Position numbers and translations under genes: made by a program
Assembly (NCBI RefSeq): GCF_036321535.1
Contig: NC_087436.1
Span: 19,842,001 to 19,906,000, forward strand
Direction: 5' to 3'
DNA length: 64,000 nt
DNA from: Camelus dromedarius
Taxonomy: Eukaryota
The notes under the pieces: generated by a model
The model's database searches: none
The model's input: the letters and a program-made list of their open reading frames with translations, nothing else
What the model was told of the DNA's origin: nothing
Shown: piece by piece, positions 59,306 to 64,000 of the stretch
Numbering within the stretch: position 1 is the first letter of the stretch
How the letters are laid out: every line of letters begins with the position of its first letter

Positions 59306-59841
59306 GTACTTGAAGAGGGTTGTCCTCTCTCTCTCCCCCACCTCTCTCTCTCTCTCTCTCTCTCAGTATTCTCATCTGTAAAGTGAGCTGGTAGGACTAG
59401 ATGATTTCAAGGGTCCCTGTAAATTCCAATTGTTTGCACTCTCATACGTTGTCTCCTTGAAACTGTGTTTTGCAGCCCTTTGGACGTAGGCATGGCTGTC
59501 AGGGTTTGGGTCTCAAAACAACAAGGACTGTTGATTTCCTTCTGGTTTCCCCCTGTATGGGTTCTCGCGGTGGGGGACAAGTCACAGGGTGAGCAGGTTG
59601 ATGACCTTGGGTTCTTTGTGTGACCTTGGGCTCTAGTGAGCTTGTCTCTCCATTGGGTTCTTTAACCTGCTTATGTGGGACATTTGTCTTGCATGATTCA
59701 GGTTTTTTATTGCCTAAATTTGAAAGATTTTTTTAAAAGGACATATGTACAGAGACTACTATTAAGAATTAGAGAGTTGTTAAATTTGAGCAAGTGATAA
59801 ATATTGTCTTTAAGTTTGGGGTTTTTTTTCCCAATGGAAAA

Positions 59842-60085
59842 TGTTTTATTGTGGTAAAATATACCTACATGAAATTTACCATTTTAACCATTTTTAAGTA
59901 TATGGTTGTTTGGCATGAAGTACATTCACATGGTTGTGTAATCATCACCACCATCCATCTCCAGAACTTTTTTCATCATCCTGAACTGAAATCTTGTACC
60001 CAGGAAACAAGAATTCCCCATTCCACCCTCCCCTCCGCCCCTGGTAACCACTATTCTGCTTTCTGTCTCTGTGAACCTAAGTACT
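59842..60085 (-). mobile_element. L1MB-like 3' end
   Basis: TTTTATTGTGGTAAAATATAC...CACCACCATCCATCTCCAGAAC...CCCCTGGTAACCACTATTCTGCTTTCTGTCTCTGTG. Confidence 0.85.
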
Positions 60086-60321
60086 CATGTCGAGTGGAGT
60101 TTAAAAGAAAAATTTGAAACATTCTTTTCCCACTGCCCCAATGCCTTTTAGAAAGAAGATAGAGTATGTTATAAAAATTTTATTACTAATTGATATCACT
60201 TTTGACTGTCAAATTATATGTGATGTTTCTTTTACTTTTTGCCTTTTTTTCCCCCAATTTATTTGCGTCATGGAATTGAATAGAGAGGTATAGAGATGTT
60301 GAGGAAGTGCTGTTTTTAAAA

Positions 60322-60389
60322 TTTTTTATTTTGTTTATTTATTGGGGGGAGGTAATTAGGTTTTTTTTTTTATTTTAATGGAGGTGCTG
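60322..60389 (-). mobile_element. 5'-truncated camelid-type SINE (tail and body only)
   Basis: GGGGGGAGGTAATTAGG(T)n...ATGGAGGTGCTG, then homology stops; the tRNA head is missing. Confidence 0.75.
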
Positions 60390-62839
60390 CTACTTACTTC
60401 ATTTTTTAAAGTCTGATTTTAAATTTTAAAAGAGATGTGGAGGGCGGGCAAAGGTCGGCTGAGAATTGGTTCTGTCTTTCAGTGAAGATGGCAGTCTCCA
60501 CGATGATTTCCAAATGCCATTTCAGCTCTTTGGAGATTGACAATACCCTTTTAAATGGAGAATAATTGGTTACCGCCTTCCTTTAAATGGACCGTGAGTC
60601 GCATTTCACTAAATGTCATCGCCAGGTGAATTAGAGGTTCTGCTTCACTCTGAAGTCCCTTTGCTCAGTGACACTTTAGTCAGGTCTTCTGGAATGCCCC
60701 ATCACCCCCAGATCTTTGCCCCTCAGGAGTGCACAGCGCTGGTTGGAAGAAACGAGGAAAGATAGGGGATGGAAATGAGGCATTGCAGAAATGAACTGAG
60801 GTGATGATGTTACAATGAGGCATCGCACCCTGCAAGGCGAATGAGGACGTCCAACCCAGGAAATGATCCGGTCGCAGGAATTAAACGGTCTTCCCTGCCT
60901 TCTCCCTTCTCCATCCCAACCTGGGGGGAGATGAGTGTTATCTTTAAACGTCTTTGCAAACGCGGGGAAATGCAGGCTTCTTGTTTTCCTTTTGTTGCTG
61001 GTCCTTTAGTTTTCTCTTCCAGAAGATCTCTGGGTCTTCCTTCGTGGTCTCTCCCACCAACGTGAAAGCAAAAGGGACTCCTTTTCTGGGCTCTTCTGGT
61101 GCTTTCCCAAGGGAGGGTCTGCAATGGCGTCTTCACTAAGCATAGCTTGGAAGGAGGGACATGTCCTTACTTAGCAGACAGGGGAAAACTCAGTGGAACT
61201 CTTACGAAGTGGTTACTCCCTTTACTCCAGAACTCCAGAAAGTTTTTAAATCCAGAGGAAAAGGGAGGGGGTGATGGAGGAAGGTTTGGTGATACTTCTA
61301 CTGGGCTCAGCTGTGAGTGCCTCACTTGAGGCTGTAACGAGGCCCAGACCCAATCTCAGGGAGCGGAAGATAAGGCCTGCGGCTGCTGAGAGCCAGGCTT
61401 GCAAACTGGAAAAATGCAGGAGGAGAAGCTGGTCAGTAGGCTAGGGTGAAAGACTGTGTACCCAAGCCTCATACTGTGATCTGTTTTCTCAATTGGCTAT
61501 TGATGGGGACTTGTTTACGATTTGGCAGTGGCTGTATTTACCGACTGATCAATTGGCATAAGAAAACAGATAACAAATGCACTGCTGTTTATGCAAAAGG
61601 CCCATGCAGCTATTTTATGGTGGCTTACTAGAGGTCCTGAAACCTGACTTGTGTGCACTGTTACCTAGCAACCTGTTATAAAGTCACCGGGGAGTGAGAT
61701 GCATCGGTAATTTTTCTGTGTTGTGAGCGTATCAGGATGTAAATGTAAACTTGGTGACTGTGGCAGTGCAGCCCACGGGAGGAGGAGACGTGTGGAAAGG
61801 AAAGGAATACATTGTCTTGGGGAGATTTTTTTTTTTTTTAATTCCACTCCCTCTCCGGTTAGTGGGGCCCTGTACTTGACAGCTGCTGTCCCTGGGGCGC
61901 TCCACCTGGCTGTGTCTGTGGCTGTGATCTCGGGACCCGAAGGCCAAAGCCCCAGGAGCTGAGGCTGAGTTCCTGGCTCTTTCCCTCATCAGATGTCGGG
62001 CAGTCATGGCTAGCGTCGGGCCCGGTCCCTCGGCGTCATAACGGCGCCATTGTTCTCGCCGTGGATTTTTGAGCTGGCTCTGTGCGTGCACCTGCTGGGA
62101 CTGTCGGGTGCAGCTGTTTGTGGCCACCGGGTCCGGGAGCCTCTGTGCCAGCCACATCACCGCCTGCGGACCCGGAGCACAGTGACAAATTCAAGCGTGT
62201 ACGTACCTACTTGTTTCCAAAAGAGAGATGGAAAACACTTGATTCTTTCTTGCTCGGCTATTAAGGGGAGTCTTTCTTGCTCCTTCAACTGAAACGAAAC
62301 AGAAAAACGACTTCAGGGAACCCAGTAGGATTAAAAAATCGCTGGTGGAATGCTGTTTTAAACGGACTCTCAAGCCTCCCCCAACCCCCTCCACTGCCCC
62401 CGTTTTGAGGTTTCCCAGTGTCTATGATTGTGAAATCAGACCCCTTCCCTGAACCGTCATCCGCTCTTCTGCCTGAGCCCACACTGAACATTCCTTGGTC
62501 CCCCAAGATTGATGCTGTTCCCTGGGAGCGAGGCTTCCTGGGCTCAGCCCCGTAATTGATTCAGGGAAGAGGCTGGGGCAGCCCCTGTTTGTTGCTGGCT
62601 TTCTGGGCTGACGGAAAAGATGATTTTGGAAACTTTGCTCCGAGTTTCTTTCGGCATGGGAGGCAGGCCTTTGAGGGCTGCAGCCCTCCGTATTTGCATA
62701 GATCTTTCTTGGGAGCCAGGAGACAGAAGAAGACTGTTGCACGTCAGGGCAAGTGATTCAGTGGTCGCGTGACCGGGGCCGTGCGGGGGAGAGGCGTGCT
62801 CAGGTTCTGCTGCCTCTCTGCCCGTTCTCCCTGATCCAG

Positions 62840-63018
62840 CAGCAGTTCTCACCTTCACCGCACATCAGACCTACCTGGGAAGTTTTTGTTTTAAATGCCA
62901 GGGTCTAGCCCCACTACCAGAAGTTATGATTTAGTTGGTCTAGGATAAGACCTAGACACTGGTGTTTTCTTTAAAATCTTCAAAAGATTCTAAAATGCAG
63001 CCAGGACTAGGACCACTG
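62840..63018. mobile_element. MER5A-like MITE
   Basis: CAGCAGTTCTCA...CACATCAGACCTACCTGGG...GATTCTAAAATGCAGCCAGGACTAGGACCACTG. Confidence 0.8.
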
Positions 63019-64000
63019 ACGTGGAAGATACAGTTGGTACCTGGGTTGTTTTGTTTGTTTTGTTTTGTTTTTTCAGTACACTTCTTTCCCCTGACTTTCT
63101 CTCCCAGACCATGAAAAGGCCCTGGTGTTGTGTGATGGCGCTGAGGCATTCAGCATAGGTCAAGGTTGACATGAACCGGAGGCCTGGGTGAGTCACGGTC
63201 ACAGAGCCCCGTGTTTTCCCTCGTGGGGCCTCATGACAGGAGAATTAAAAGAAGCACCTCAACATTCTCCAGTTGGAATTAGAAAGTTTCCAGGCTTATC
63301 TAGAACTAGCGACTAAGGGTAACGTCATTAGATGCCTGCTTAAAAGTTGCCTGCTCCGTTCAGCCTTACATCACCTCCCTTTCTGAAAACTACACTTTTC
63401 AAGATATAACATTTAATTCTAACTCTCCAAATTAGAACCAAGCAGTTGACAGAAACTTGGCACCTCAGTTGTGGGCTGGGAATATCTTTTTATCTTTCTG
63501 TCCCTGGTTTTGTGAAAATAAAATATATGAGTCATTTCAACTATTTTTGTTTGGAAACTGGCCAAAAAAAAAATTTTTTTTTTATACTGTCTCCCACCGT
63601 CTCTTAATTTCATTAAGTTGAGACCGAAAACGTTTTCACCGTGAGAGATGGACTCTTGAAAAGCAGTGACTTGCGAATGGCTCCAAGCTGAACTGTTCCG
63701 TACTGGTTAGGAGCTCAGCCCTCAAGTAGGAAGGTTTTCGTGAATAAACGCAGGGGAGCTGGTGCACGTGTTTGTGTTGTGTCTTGCAGTTTCCCCTAGG
63801 CCTTTGTTCTGCCACCTCCATCTATTTCCCACAATTTTGTGCATCTGAATTTACAGTACAGTTCATCTCTAAATGACATCTCCCTGTCCTGTGATACCTT
63901 TGTTTGTGCTGCTGAAGGAGGAGGGACGAGAGATGCCCGGTAAACCAGGCATCCTTATCACCTGGCGGCTCGGATTGGCTTTCTGTCAAACATGTTAACC

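Overview
Mammalian genomic DNA, very likely camelid judging from tRNA-Ala-derived SINEs with a CCTAATTACCTCCCC body (inference). The window holds the promoter/CpG island and first four coding exons of ZNF827 on the + strand: 10262-10304, 42517-43569, 52991-53163, 58825-59305. These join in frame to 583 codons; the gene continues past the window. The partial protein has the N-terminal MPRRKQ NuRD-recruiting motif, a Pro15 run, three C2H2 fingers and two VKEE SUMO consensus sites. The rest is intron/upstream DNA filled with interspersed repeats (MLT1/MLT2 LTRs, Charlie1a, MER5/58/102, L1, L2, L3, MIR, young SINEs). No prokaryotic or otherwise new multi-gene system is visible. The most notable observations are a near-full-length ancient LF-SINE/AmnSINE2-like element before exon 4, an AUG-stop element 13 nt before the start codon, young SINE/L1 insertions carrying unique tags plus a second poly(A), frame-symmetric exons, and three clusters of short hairpins. 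Repeat family names come from recalled consensus sequences, not a database search, and repeat boundaries are approximate.
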